Shown piece after piece: positions 12,345-24,615 of a DNA stretch of 64,000 bases. Origin of the DNA: Octopus sinensis (Eukaryota); assembly GCF_006345805.1 (NCBI RefSeq), contig NC_043002.1, positions 53,196,001 through 53,260,000 of the forward strand, given 5' to 3'. The notes under the pieces are model-generated. The model searched no databases, had not been told where the DNA came from, and worked only from the letters and a program-made list of their open reading frames with translations. Positions within the stretch are counted from its first letter, which is position 1, and every line of letters starts with the position of its first letter. The position numbers and the translations under genes are program-made.

Positions 12345-14345
12345 TGTGGATGCACGTTTAGACTGTAAAAGGTTAGTTGATAGTAGAGGGGGTGCAAAAG
12401 CCTTGCAAACCTGCTCAGCTGTTTCCAATTGTCTGACAAGCATCAACTGGATTTCCTGAATGTACCAATGAGAGCATGAACGAACCACATTAGGCCATCC
12501 AGATCGTATCTAGACTAAGTAATCTATAGGCTAATAGTTAAGCATAATATAGGTTGTGCACATTTTAAAATCGTCAGCTATAGAGGTCACAAATTTGTTA
12601 TCAGTGTCCGACCTAGAGAGGCTTCGAAGGCGGGGACCCGGTTATTGGAAGCTAGATGCGTCGCTCCGTTGACGGGGGCAGCGTTGAAAACAAATAGTGG
12701 TTCACTCAGAATAGGGCGATTAAGGTAGAATCAATTAGACTTGGTAAGGTTATAGAAGTAGAAAAAACTAGAATGGAGGGAAATCTAGTTAAAAACTTAG
12801 AAGTGGCAGTTAGGGATGGCATCGTAACTTGCTTGCAGCAAAGTTGGCTCTCAACCAATGCTTCAACACGAAACACTGAATTGTCAGCTAAGGTGCGTGT
12901 TCTAAGATACGAGGATACAAAGCCGTTCGATGTACTTGAGTGGCGAAAGCACAACGTGACAAAAAAGAAAAAAAACATAATTTGATCTTCACGGGACCAC
13001 AGTGGGCATATGTTATTTGATTAGGCAGTTGTAGATTTTTAGCAGCACTTTACACTGAAAAAATAGTGGGCCGGAACGTAGGATGGTTTTCAGGGCTAAA
13101 CTCGATGGTCCGATGCGACTTTCGTAAAGAGTGATGGAGTGTTCTGAAAGCCTATCACAGCCGCGGAATAGGGTTCTAATCTCTGGGTTTGGCTGGTCTG
13201 CCCTACGAGCTTTAATTTTATCTACTAGAGTTGTTTGGAAACCTCTTGGCAGGTATCTACCGCAATTGGTATCAAAACGGAAGAATACCGACTTCTGTGA
13301 TTTGAAGAGCGGCAGCACTGCTGAGAAACGATCAAGACATTAGAAATTAAAGGAGAAGTTTTTAGCTAATAACTGTGATTTCGCAGATTTCAAAATTTTC
13401 GCCAAAGCATTAGCAGAAGTTGGCGTTTATCGCCGATGGTCTAACTGATGATGCACAAACATGCGTCATCGCAAATTGACAGATTTACGACTTCCCCCAT
13501 AGCATGCAATGAATCATAGAGAAGATGAGCAAGAAACCTGATGTGGGAGGAGCTTTGATCAATTTAGATCAGTGAAAAGCTTCTGATAAGGTCGACCACC
13601 AATATTTGAGGGCTGTTTTCGCGGTATTCTTAGCAGTTGAACTGTCGCAATGTACAGTGACATCTGTTTAGGCCGTCAGGATAAATAGTCGCCTTTCGGA
13701 ACCATTCACTGTCCGCTCGATCCATCTAGGGTGTCCCCTCTTGTCTTTTCTGTGTGTACTTGACTCTTTAGCTTCTACTGTGGAAATTAGAATCTTTGAT
13801 GGGCTTTCTGCGCGATCCAGGATGTGGAAGAATCTTGTTAGCACACGCGGATATGTCACTGTCATATTTTCGGATGAAAGAAACATTGAAGTGATCGGCA
13901 CTACTCTAAGAAACTATAAGGCGGAGACAGGAACGAAAATCAACAAAAATAAGTAGGACTGCAGCTCGGTTCTGCCGTCTAACAGTAGCGTTGAGCGCTG
14001 AACATCGAACTGGTTAAATGCTGGGATCTGGTTTGATCGGAACCTTGAAGAAGAGAACTGCGACAAAGTGACGAACCGAGTAGCCAATCTCACTCATCAA
14101 TGGTCCGAAGAAAAGCTTTCTCTGAAGGGTCGGGCAGAGATGGCGAGAGCATACATCGCCTCTGTCATATATTACCACCTGGCAGTCGCATCTTTCGCTA
14201 ATTCACGTTTTACCAGATTAGAGCACCTGATCTTCTGCTTCCTGTGAAAGGGTCGTGTTCCACTGATTAGGCGGCCCATTTGTTGTCCCAACGCTCTTAG
14301 TAGATGATGCGCAGATATGTGCTGAGGTTGCGACATCCCGAGCGT
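12345..14345 (+). mobile_element. Degenerate L1/Tx1-clade LINE ORF2
   Basis: Disrupted-frame motifs GPGYWKLDASL (about 12635), DFKIFAKALA, GGALINLDQ*KASDKVDHQYL, LGCPL, LSLKGRAEMARAYIASVIYY. Confidence 0.8.
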
Positions 14346-14689
14346 CATTTTTTTTAATATCCTCTTTGATAATTATGATGTTTACAGTCCGCTTCCAATA
14401 GCAAACGACGAAGAGACGAACGATTTAAACAAACGTGCAAGGAAAAGATTAGTAGTGGAAATCAGCTATTATATCAACTGTTATATCTTAACCACTAGAA
14501 GGAAGTGGGGCAAATATTATCCATTCTGAACCAGATTTGTTCACATACATTTTCAGGGCTGAGCATTATGACTCCTTGGATGAAGAATACATGGAGGTTG
14601 AAGGTGGTTGGGGTTATGGGACGTCATCATTAAACCTAGCTAACGACTATCCCCGGTTTTGTATTTTTATTTGTATCTCATTTCGTCAT

Positions 14690-15780
14690 AGCTGTAATAT
14701 AATAGATATGTGAGTATATTAATTGCTGTTTATGTTTAGGATTGGCAAAGTCCTTAAGAAGTGCACTTATCTCATTGTGCTACGAATACGATTCTTTGCA
14801 AGCTTCAACTTGGAAAACGAACACTCTCTTGTACAGCTGCTTACAATAATACACATAAATATTTTAAGTATTATTTCTGTACTGGGTAACAAACATTTCA
14901 ATTTATCCGATAGGTGCTTACTGCACATGTCCGGAAGAGACTTGCTTTTTACCGCATAGTTGATATAAAATGCTTGACTGACCTTCATTCGCGGAATATT
15001 TCACTATAATTAATATCTTCATGATAAACAATAGTCAGTCACTCATGCATTTGACCAAGTTCATTAAAGTCACTTGTCTTTAACTGAGTTCCATTTCTGA
15101 CAAGACTGACTTTCATTTCCTTCGTAGTCTACAGAGCATTTAGTGAGGTTAGAGTATCTATACTTGGAAGATAACCGTTTTTAATTTTACACTTTCGTAA
15201 ACGAGTGTCTATTTTGCCGACTACTCATTTTCTAATAAGACGCACACATCGCTTTCTGGTACGTTTTTCTCCATCGTTATATTTCGAATCAAAATTCTTG
15301 CTCAGCGTTTATTTCATGCTCATTGAAGTTCGCTGTCATATCGCTTCATGAAAATGTATTTTCAAATATCAAATGGCAACAATTACGTTTACTGTGTGTT
15401 CGATTGTAAGACTTTTCTTGTTTATTCCTTAAGAGAATGTCATTCGAAAATTGTCAAATCTTTCTACTTTGAAGCTTGCAATCTACTCCTCATCGACAAC
15501 AAGAAAGGCACCCAGTGCATCTTGAATCTTCTCGAAAACTCCATGAAGGAGCGACATCGAAATATGCTATTGCTCTTATTTCAGAGAGGAACGATTGATT
15601 TCAGTGAAATTCATTCGAAGCGAAGGCCTCAGAGCACTCTAGTAATATTTGGAATCCAAGGACAAGGAATACAAACGTCGGACAAAATCAATACAGAAGA
15701 CGATTTCTTGACCGTACTCTACCATTTTTTATCTATACCAAACTCCCAAAGGGAACTTACCGTAATCGGTAATTAAATCA
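14690..15780 (-). mobile_element. hAT transposase remnant (C-terminal dimerisation domain)
   Basis: IILKIFMCIIVSSCTRECSFSKLKLAKNRIRSTM resembles the hAT ERSFSKLKLIKNRLRSTM motif; upstream extent uncertain. Confidence 0.7.
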
Positions 15781-16110
15781 AACACAAAGCAGATTCTAGA
15801 GAAAATGGCTTGCTTAATTTGCATATTGGGTATTTGTTGGCGGTGTGATTAAATAATAAATATTTTAACAGAAGTAGTGGGGAATAAAAAGATTCTAAGA
15901 CAAATTCAGTGAAGTTAGATTGCTTTTCTGAAGTCTACGATATAGGATGTATGCATATGTAAATCCATATTGTTATTCTCTTCACACAGGAAGTTATTCT
16001 GACATATTTTATAGATGTTTGGCGACTTTTTAAAGCATAACCAAGAAAAATAGCATTCGCTGTTTAAAGCAATCACAAACCAGAATATAGTTGAACTGGC
16101 AGACTAATTT

Positions 16111-16498
16111 GCGTGGCTGTGTGGTAAGTAGCTTGCTTACCAACCACATGGTTTCGGGTTCAGTCCCACTGCGTGGCACCTTGGGCAAGTGTCTTCTGCT
16201 ATAGCCTCGGGCCGACCAATGCCTTGTGAGTGGATTTGGTAGACGGAAACTGAAAGAAGCCTGTCGTATATATGTATGTATATATGTATGTGTGTGTATA
16301 TGTTTGTCCCCTAGCATTGCTTGACAACCGATGCTGGTGTGTTTACGTCCCCGTCACCTGGCGGTTCAGCAAAGGAGACTGATAGAATAGGTACTGGGCT
16401 TACAAAGATTAAGTCCCGGGGTCGAGTTGCTCGACTAAAGGCGGTGCTCCAGCATGGCCGCAGTCAAATGACTGAAACAAATAAAAGAGTAAAAGAGT
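16111..16498 (+). mobile_element. SINE family B
   Basis: High similarity to 4313-4742. Confidence 0.85.
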
Positions 16499-16604
16499 AT
16501 ACTCTCTCTCTCTCACGAATACACACGTACATGCATATATATATGTACATGTATATTTGTATGTATCTCTATCTCTTTCTCCCTCTCTGTATGTGCGTGT
16601 GTGT

Positions 16605-16637
<33 letters not shown>

Positions 16638-16824
16638 GTGTGTTTGTGTGTGCATGTGGCTTGTCTGGCCTTTTCGATTTACGAAGATGATATTGCAGAG
16701 CCAAGTACTAACCTCTCCACTCATCGAAATGACACGAAGAACGGCAACTCAGTACGTTGAATGCCAGATATTGGTTAAATATAACCATACAGTCCACTAA
16801 GCTGACAAGAATAAGTAGTAGTGC

Positions 16825-17001
16825 CTGTAGTTCAAAGAACCAGCCTTGTCACATCCTGTGTCATGCTGAATCTCTCTGGGAACTATATTAAGGGACCAGG
16901 TGTTTGTGGAGTACTCAGCTACTTGAACGTTGATGTCACGAGCAAGCTGTTCCGTTGATCGTATCAACTGGAACCCTCGTCGTCGTAACCGACGGAGTGC
17001 C
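16825..17001 (+). mobile_element. SINE family A 3' part
   Basis: Matches the tail of 237-560. Confidence 0.75.
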
Positions 17002-17591
17002 ACATGACTATACACGTCTGCCTTAGGGTTCTTCCCTCTGGATATTTTGTAGGGGTTTACATCCATTAGCCTTTTCTTTAAATGCTCCATTGATAACTCC
17101 ACAAAGCAGCAGGGGTCTTTGTTCTGAGTAGGTCCTGTTATCTCGTTCTTCAAACTTGCGTCGGTCTGTCGCAACGAGTGCTACAAGCCCAGTAGCTATC
17201 AGGATGGAAGATTTCTATGGACTTACCTTTTCTTAGATGAGCAGCTAAAGAGCTGAAGGGTCACATCTACACTCGGGTCTATTGGGGGTGCCTGTGAGGG
17301 ACCTTATACCAGAAGGAATTCTGTGACGTGCTAACTAAACCACAGCTAGGACTCTGACAGGTGTTACAACTTTGAGTAAGAATTGACCTGCGAACAATAT
17401 GGGCCAAGAGGTGCTTCTACACCCCTAAAACTCTAAAAGTTTCAAAGAAGGGCCACATAACTGGATGCAACTTTAAGGCCTGCCTAGTATATGTGCGTAC
17501 ACACAACACATACGCGCTAACACCCACACATTCATATACGTGTATATACATACATACATACATACATATTATATATATATATACACACATA

Positions 17592-17624
<33 letters not shown>

Positions 17625-17643
17625 TTGTGTGTGTGTGCATGTG

Positions 17644-17720
17644 TACGAGGTGGTACTGAAAATTTCCTGGTTTTTGGTTGAAAGAAAATACAGGAGGATC
17701 TGTTTAATGATGTTTTTATC
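17644..17720. mobile_element. mariner-type terminal fragment
   Basis: TACGAGGTGGTACTGAAAATTTCCTGG, homologous to 32422-32625. Confidence 0.5.
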
Positions 17721-17729
17721 TGGATTTTA

Positions 17730-18060
17730 CATTTCTTAGAGTGTTTCTTTATTGAAGTGCCCGTGTGTATGTGCTCTTTTATACAGATGTGCAGTTTCCT
17801 GGTAGTGCTCCCTATCTAGGATGCCCCACATTTTTTGCAGACCACTTTGTATACTACAGAGGCCCTCGTGCATGTTGTGATATAGCTGATGGGGCAGTTG
17901 GTGAGTGTGCACCCCACAGTGCTCTCTCTAGCATTTTCCCCCAACAGAAGTTTCCTCGCGGATGGACTGGTGTGCATCAACTGTATGTTGAGTTCCTCCC
18001 TACAGATCTCATTTTGAATAACTACCACATGTTCTGTCGTCGAAATAGGGCAGATTAAAA
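17730..18060 (-). mobile_element. Penelope-like GIY-YIG endonuclease remnant
   Basis: CTRASVVYKVVCKKCGAS*IGSTTRKLHICIKEH. Confidence 0.75.
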
Positions 18061-18062
18061 AA

Positions 18063-18840
18063 AACATTTTTCCGACTTGATGTTATGGAGCTTTCTTATG
18101 TTGATTACCCACAAACTCCTCAAACCACTACTTCACATATTCTCCGGAGACAATGACAGCTCCAGGGAGATCTTTAAAAGACTCAAAGATATCGACCCCA
18201 TCGTACTCAGGAATAACCGATACCCTTTCAGCCTTGTCATTGTCTCCCTCTACACTTTCCCCCTCCTTCTCTCCCACTCATTTCTTCTTCTTCTTCTTCT
18301 TCTTCTTCTTTTCTTCTTCTTCTTCTTCTTCTTCTTCTTCTTCTTCTTCTTCTTCTTCTTCTTCTTCTTCTTCTTCTTCCTCCACCTCCTCCTCCTTTCT
18401 TTTACCCTTTGTCTTTCAACAACCTTTACTTTTTCCACCTTACACCCTCGGACATAAGTGAACTACAACTCATTATAGTAGGTGACACCTACTTCTGATA
18501 CAACAGTAAGGTATATAAACAGATCTCAGGTCTACCAATGGGATCCAGCCTCCCAGGTCTGAAGGCCATCTTAACACCTGCCACTCATGCGTCTTCTCAA
18601 GGTACGTTTTGGACATCTTGATACTTACCTCCTCTTGAGATGCGGTGACTGCCGTACATTGAAACTTCTACAACGTCGACGACCACATGAAATTCGAAAT
18701 CGAACTCATGAATAAGTGTGGAATCCTCTCTTTTCTAGATTTCTAAATCAAGATCAGAGAGGAGGGTTGTATTTATACAAATTTTTATAGAAAAACGAGC
18801 AGTAGAAATCTGGTCATACATTACGAAAAGCTGCATATGT
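18063..18840 (+). mobile_element. Penelope-like reverse transcriptase remnant, interrupted by (TTC)n
   Basis: FSLVIVSLYTFP; TYF*YNSKVYKQISGLPMGSSL; MKFEIE...LSFLDF...TNFYRK. Confidence 0.75.
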
Positions 18841-19194
18841 GCAGAGTGAGATCACATGAATAAGAGATAGCTGAAGCAAAGTAACCAACAAAGCTACCAA
18901 CACCAAGTGGTTCCCCTGAAATTTAGCACACAGCATAATAATAATAATGATATGATGATGTTAATGACAGTGCTTCTAGTGATTATAGTGGTTAAGGTGG
19001 TTGACTGATTTTAATGGTGGTGATAGTGGTGATAATATCAGGGTAAAGGTATAAACGAGAGACATGAGAGTGGTAGTTTTAATATATAAGTAGTGATGTA
19101 AATGAAAAGGCCATAACAGTAGTAGTGGTGGTGGTGGTGGTGGTGGTGTTGATGGTGGTGATAGTGGTGGTGGTGTTAATAACAGTGTAGTTAC

Positions 19195-19658
19195 GCAGGT
19201 GTAGGTATGGCTATGTGGTTAAGAAGCCTGCTTTCTAATCATGCAGTTTCTGGTTCAGTTCCACTGCATGGTACATTGAGCAAGTGTCCTCTATCATAGC
19301 CTTGCTCTGATCAAAGCGTTGTGAGTGGATTTGGCAACTGAAAGAAGCATGTATAAAGTATATGTCTATATCTACACATACATGCACACACAGACACACT
19401 CACAAACACACACACACACATTTACATACACATATACTCTTTTACTTGTTTCAGTCATTTGACTGTGGCCATGCTGGAGCACCACCTTTAATCGAGCAAG
19501 TCAACCCCGGGACTTATTCTTTGTAAGCCCAGTACTTATTCTATCAGTCTCTTTTGCCGAACCGCTAAGTGACGGGGACATAAACACACCAGCATCAGTT
19601 GTCAAGCAATGCTAGGGGAACAAACACAGACACACAAACATACACGCACACATACAAC

Positions 19659-19719
<61 letters not shown>

Positions 19720-19872
19720 ACGGACATCTTTCAGTTTCCGTCTACCAAATTCACTCACAAAGCTTTGGTCGGCCCGAGGCTATAGTAGAAGACACTTGCC
19801 CAAGGTGCCATGCAGTGGAACTGAACCCGGAACCATGTGGTTGGTAAACAAGCTACTTACCACACAGCCACT
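19195..19872. mobile_element. Two SINE family B copies (+ 19195-19375, - 19437-19872)
   Basis: Family B motifs, many CpG to TpG/CpA changes. Confidence 0.75.
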
Positions 19873-20259
19873 AATGTTTGTTTGTATGTTGAATTATAGT
19901 CCTTTCTAGTTTTCACAGAATACCAGCGATTTTGTTTTGAGAGCAGAAGTGGTCGATTACATCAACTCCAGGGCTCATCTGGTGCTTATTTCATTGGCCC
20001 TGAAAGGGTGAAAGACAATATTGATCTTCGTAGATTTTGAACACAGAGCTGCCAAAAAGCGGTTTGTCCAGTGTGGCATAGTTTCTGCAGGCTTGCTGCT
20101 TTGCAGTTGAGCTATAATAATAAATAATTTTATGTTAAACTGAAGGATTATTCAAAACTATTTATAGAGTATATATTTATCATTCTTCAGCAAGAATAGT
20201 GTTGCCGGAACAGCTGTTGTGAATTTTGAACCCCACTCGTGTTCTTTATATATATATAG

Positions 20260-20301
<42 letters not shown>

Positions 20302-20469
20302 TTTGTGTATACATATATATATATATATATATTTATATATAATACAAATAAGAAAATGGAGAAACAATTTAGTTGGTTCATCAGCTTTCGGATATTAGAA
20401 TGTTGACTTACATAATATATGTATGTATGTATGTATGTATATGTATGTTGTATGTATGTATGTATGTAT

Positions 20470-20522
20470 GTTGTATACAACAGACCATAGATAGTTAGAC
20501 AGTTAGACAGATAGATAGATAG

Positions 20523-20579
<57 letters not shown>

Positions 20580-20768
20580 CGGAAAGAATGATTTATGGTA
20601 CATACGCACACATAACACATTATATATAATAATATATGTTATACGCGTATATATAAGTGTATGTGTATATATAGATATGAGTATGTATGTATGACATTTA
20701 TGTATGTATGTATGTATGTATGTATGTAGTATGTATACACAGACACATAGATAGTTAGACAGTTAGAC

Positions 20769-20841
<73 letters not shown>

Positions 20842-21037
20842 CGGAAAGAATGATTTATAGGTACATACGCACACATACACATTTATATATATATACATAT
20901 ATATGTTATACGCGTATATATAAGTGTATGTGTATATATAGATATGAATGTATGTATGTATACATTTATGTATGTATGTATGTATGTATGTATGTATGTA
21001 TGTATACACAGACACATAGATAGTTAGACAGTTAGAC

Positions 21038-21073
<36 letters not shown>

Positions 21074-21075
21074 GA
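20470..21075. repeat. ~265-bp compound microsatellite block, about 2.3 tandem copies
   Basis: CATAGATAGTTAGACAGTTAGACAG x3 and ACGGAAAGAATGATTTAT x2. Confidence 0.8.
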
Positions 21076-21291
21076 TACAGATGTGTGTGTGTTTGTGCCA
21101 CCAAATTTTGATATAATATGATTGTTGTAAAAGAAGTGTTATCATTATACAAGTAGAATCATTCATTTCCAATTTTCTTTGGAAGCATGCCATTTTCTGT
21201 GAAGTTTGGCAGCAGGAAAAGCTTCAATCTGTAGCAAATCTGTCACAAAGTTACTACACAGAGTTACTACTACACACACTCACACATGCTG

Positions 21292-21349
<58 letters not shown>

Positions 21350-21434
21350 TGACCATCTTCACTCTCTCCTGTCTCAGGAACCACTTTCTCTTTCTCCTTC
21401 CACTTCTGGACGTTTCAGAAATGTAGCTGCAGTA

Positions 21435-21630
21435 GTGGATTGTTGGTGATTTTTCCTTATTTCTCCTTCTGTCTCTTTGGATTTTTCTATTTCCGATGAA
21501 GAGCTACGCTCAAAACTTTTACAACTCACCTTTCACCGAGCATCAAATTGATATTTTACTTGTGCACATCCTCATGTTTGTTTTTGTTTCTCTTTTTTTC
21601 TCTTTTTTTTAATTGTTTGTTATTTGAATT
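21435..21630 (+). mobile_element. Degenerate copy of the ~200-bp (TA)n-anchored HHR-like element
   Basis: CCGATGAAGAGCTACGCTCAAAAC; reverse-complement similarity to 46107-46313. Confidence 0.55.
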
Positions 21631-21633
21631 GAC

Positions 21634-21674
<41 letters not shown>

Positions 21675-21714
21675 ATATGTATGTATGTATATGTATGTAT
21701 AATAAAAATAAAAA

Positions 21715-21971
21715 TAAATGTGCCCTTTTTAAAGCCTATCCAGGCTCATGGGCCCGGTTTCCCGGTTTAAATGGCGTATGTGTTCCCCAGCTGGATGGGA
21801 CGCCAATCCATCCATCGCAGCATTACTTAGTTTTGCCAGCTGAGTGAACTGGAGCAATGTGAAATGAAGTGTTTTGCTCAAGAACACAATGCGTCACCCA
21901 GTCCAATAATTGAAACCACAATCTTACGATCATGATGCTGACAGCCTAACCACTAAGCCACACACCTCCAC
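21715..21971 (-). mobile_element. SINE family A variant, CpG-decayed
   Basis: Colinear with 61645-61899. Confidence 0.8.
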
Positions 21972-23149
21972 ATATGTATGTATATAATATCATCAACATC
22001 ATCATCACAGTTTAACATTTGTCTTCCATGCATGTATGGGTAGAACGGTTGACAGGAGCCGGCCTGGTTGAAAACTACCCTGGGCTAATATGTCTGTTTT
22101 GGCAGGGGTTTTGTGGCTGGAGGATAGGTTTCTTTCAGTTTCTATCTACCAAATCCACTCACAAGGCTTTGGTGGCCTGAGGTTATTTTAGAAGATACTT
22201 GCTCAAGTTGTTATGCTGTATGACTGAACTCAGAACCGTGTGGTTAGGAAACAAACTTATTAACACAAAGCCATGCCAGTATCTGAAAAACTATGAATAA
22301 ATTTTCAAAAAAAAAACAGATTAAAGGAGACTAAAAAAAGGTTACAGTAGAGTTCCTGTATTCCAAACTCTGCCCTTTTCACATTTTTATTAGGGTTTTT
22401 ATGAAGAGTTACATTTTATTATATAATGCACATTCAACAGTTTTAAAATTTTTTGAAATAGTAAATGTTAGCAGTCAAGCTCAGTGCGAGTCCTCCAGCA
22501 TGAAAGTAGTTCTTCCTATCTCTATCTCTCTTTATCTCATTCTTTCTTTCTCTTCCACTTGTGTTCTTTCTTGATTTCCTTTTTGTTTTTCTATGTTATT
22601 CAATCTCAACCTCAGATTTTATCTCTACCTCTGACTTCAAATCTAGCCCTTCTCATTCTATATATATAGCTCACTATATCTTTATATCTCTACACCTCAT
22701 CCTCTTGCTCTCTCTTACAACATATCTGCACCATACTCTCTATATTATCATTTTCTGCATCTCTCTCTCTCTCTCTCTCTCTTTCTCTCATTTACTGCAA
22801 ATCTAACTCTCTGAATATCATTCTTCATATATCGCAATATCTCTCCATCTCCACATCTTACCACACACTTAACCCATCTCTATATCTTTATATATTTCTC
22901 TGTATTTCCCATATGTCCCTATTTCTATCTCTTATATCATATCTGCATCACATTTTCTATATCTTTTTCAGCATCTCTTTATATATCTATCTCTATATCT
23001 TGCTACACAACTAAACCATGTTTCTTTCTTTTCTCTATATTTCTATATTGTCCTTTCTCTTTCCCTTGTCATATATCTAGCCTTCCCTCAGTATCTATAA
23101 TTCTATACTCAGCTCCCTCTTTGTTGCTGTTTCTCTCTCTCTTGCTCTG

Positions 23150-23183
<34 letters not shown>

Positions 23184-23191
23184 ATGTATGA

Positions 23192-23223
<32 letters not shown>

Positions 23224-23717
23224 ATATGTATATATGTATATGTATGCATGCATGTATATATGTATGCATGCATGTATGTATGTATGTATATCAGCACCCA
23301 CACCATCATTCATACACTCTCACATACACACATGCAAGCGCACCTTCATTTTGGGATCACCAATACTTTATTATCTCCCCTTCTTCCTAGCTCTTCTGTC
23401 GAACTACCTTTGTCCAGCCAGTCACCATGATTGACCACTAACTCCAAAAGTTTTTTTTATTCTCTCTCTGTTTATTTCCTTGTGTTCCTTTCTGTTGAAG
23501 AGCATAGGCACAAAACATAAAAGACTTTCTTACCTTCTTGAGCATCAAACTAATACACCTGTCTTCATCTTTTGTTTTTCTGTAAATTACAACCATATAT
23601 ATATGTGTGTATATATATATCACCATCATCATCATCATCATCGTTTAGCGTCCGTTTCCATGCTAGCATGGGTTGGACGATATATATATATATGAATATA
23701 GTGTATATATATATATA

Positions 23718-23751
<34 letters not shown>

Positions 23752-23799
23752 TTATATATATGTGTGTATGTATGTGGTGTATATATATATATATATATC

Positions 23800-23844
<45 letters not shown>

Positions 23845-23903
23845 TATTATGGAGATGTACTTGCATAGCAAGTGACCTGATGTGAGATCGTGTGCTGGAA
23901 TGA

Positions 23904-24186
23904 AAACAATTGCAGCATGGAAGGTGTTTATAAACCATTTAAGAAACGCACAAAAAACGTTAGATTCACTTCAACATTTAAATTTAATTTGCCAAAATAT
24001 TTTCATCACTTTGAGACTGCGACCTGTTCACTGACAAAATTCCATGCTACATTTTGTCAGTGAACAGGTCACAGTTTCAAAGTGACAAAAATATTTTGGC
24101 AAATTAAATTTAATGTTGAAGTGAATCTAACGGTTTTTGTGCATTTCTTAAATGGCTTATAAACACCTTCCACACTGCAATTGTTT
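23904..24186. repeat. Long palindrome (about 136-bp arms, 10-nt loop), probably a PLE terminal repeat
   Basis: 23904-24040 is the reverse complement of 24051-24186 with scattered mismatches. Confidence 0.9.
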
Positions 24187-24214
24187 ATAATATATATATA
24201 TATTATATATATAT

Positions 24215-24470
24215 ATATAATGGTTGTATACTGTCAATCTAACAAGAACGTGACAGTAGGTGGTACACCACCGTTATATAGCCCTAGGAGGCATCGAACG
24301 CCTCCTGACAGCTTCGACACATTTTATCCTGTGTCCTTATATACACATAAGGACACAGGATAATGTGTCGAAGCTGTCAGGAGGCGTTCGATGCCTCCTA
24401 GGGCTATATAACGGTGGTGTACCCCCTACTGTCACGTTCTTGTTAGATTGACAGTATACAACCATTATAT
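24215..24470. repeat. Near-perfect palindrome (about 125-bp arms, 6-nt loop)
   Basis: One mismatch and one 2-nt bulge by eye. Confidence 0.9.
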
Positions 24471-24569
24471 CGCTCCACCACCGTATACACCTCTCTACGA
24501 GAGATTTAGAAACTCAATATTTCTTATATATATATATATATGTATATGTATATAATATCTATATATATA

Positions 24570-24615
<46 letters not shown>

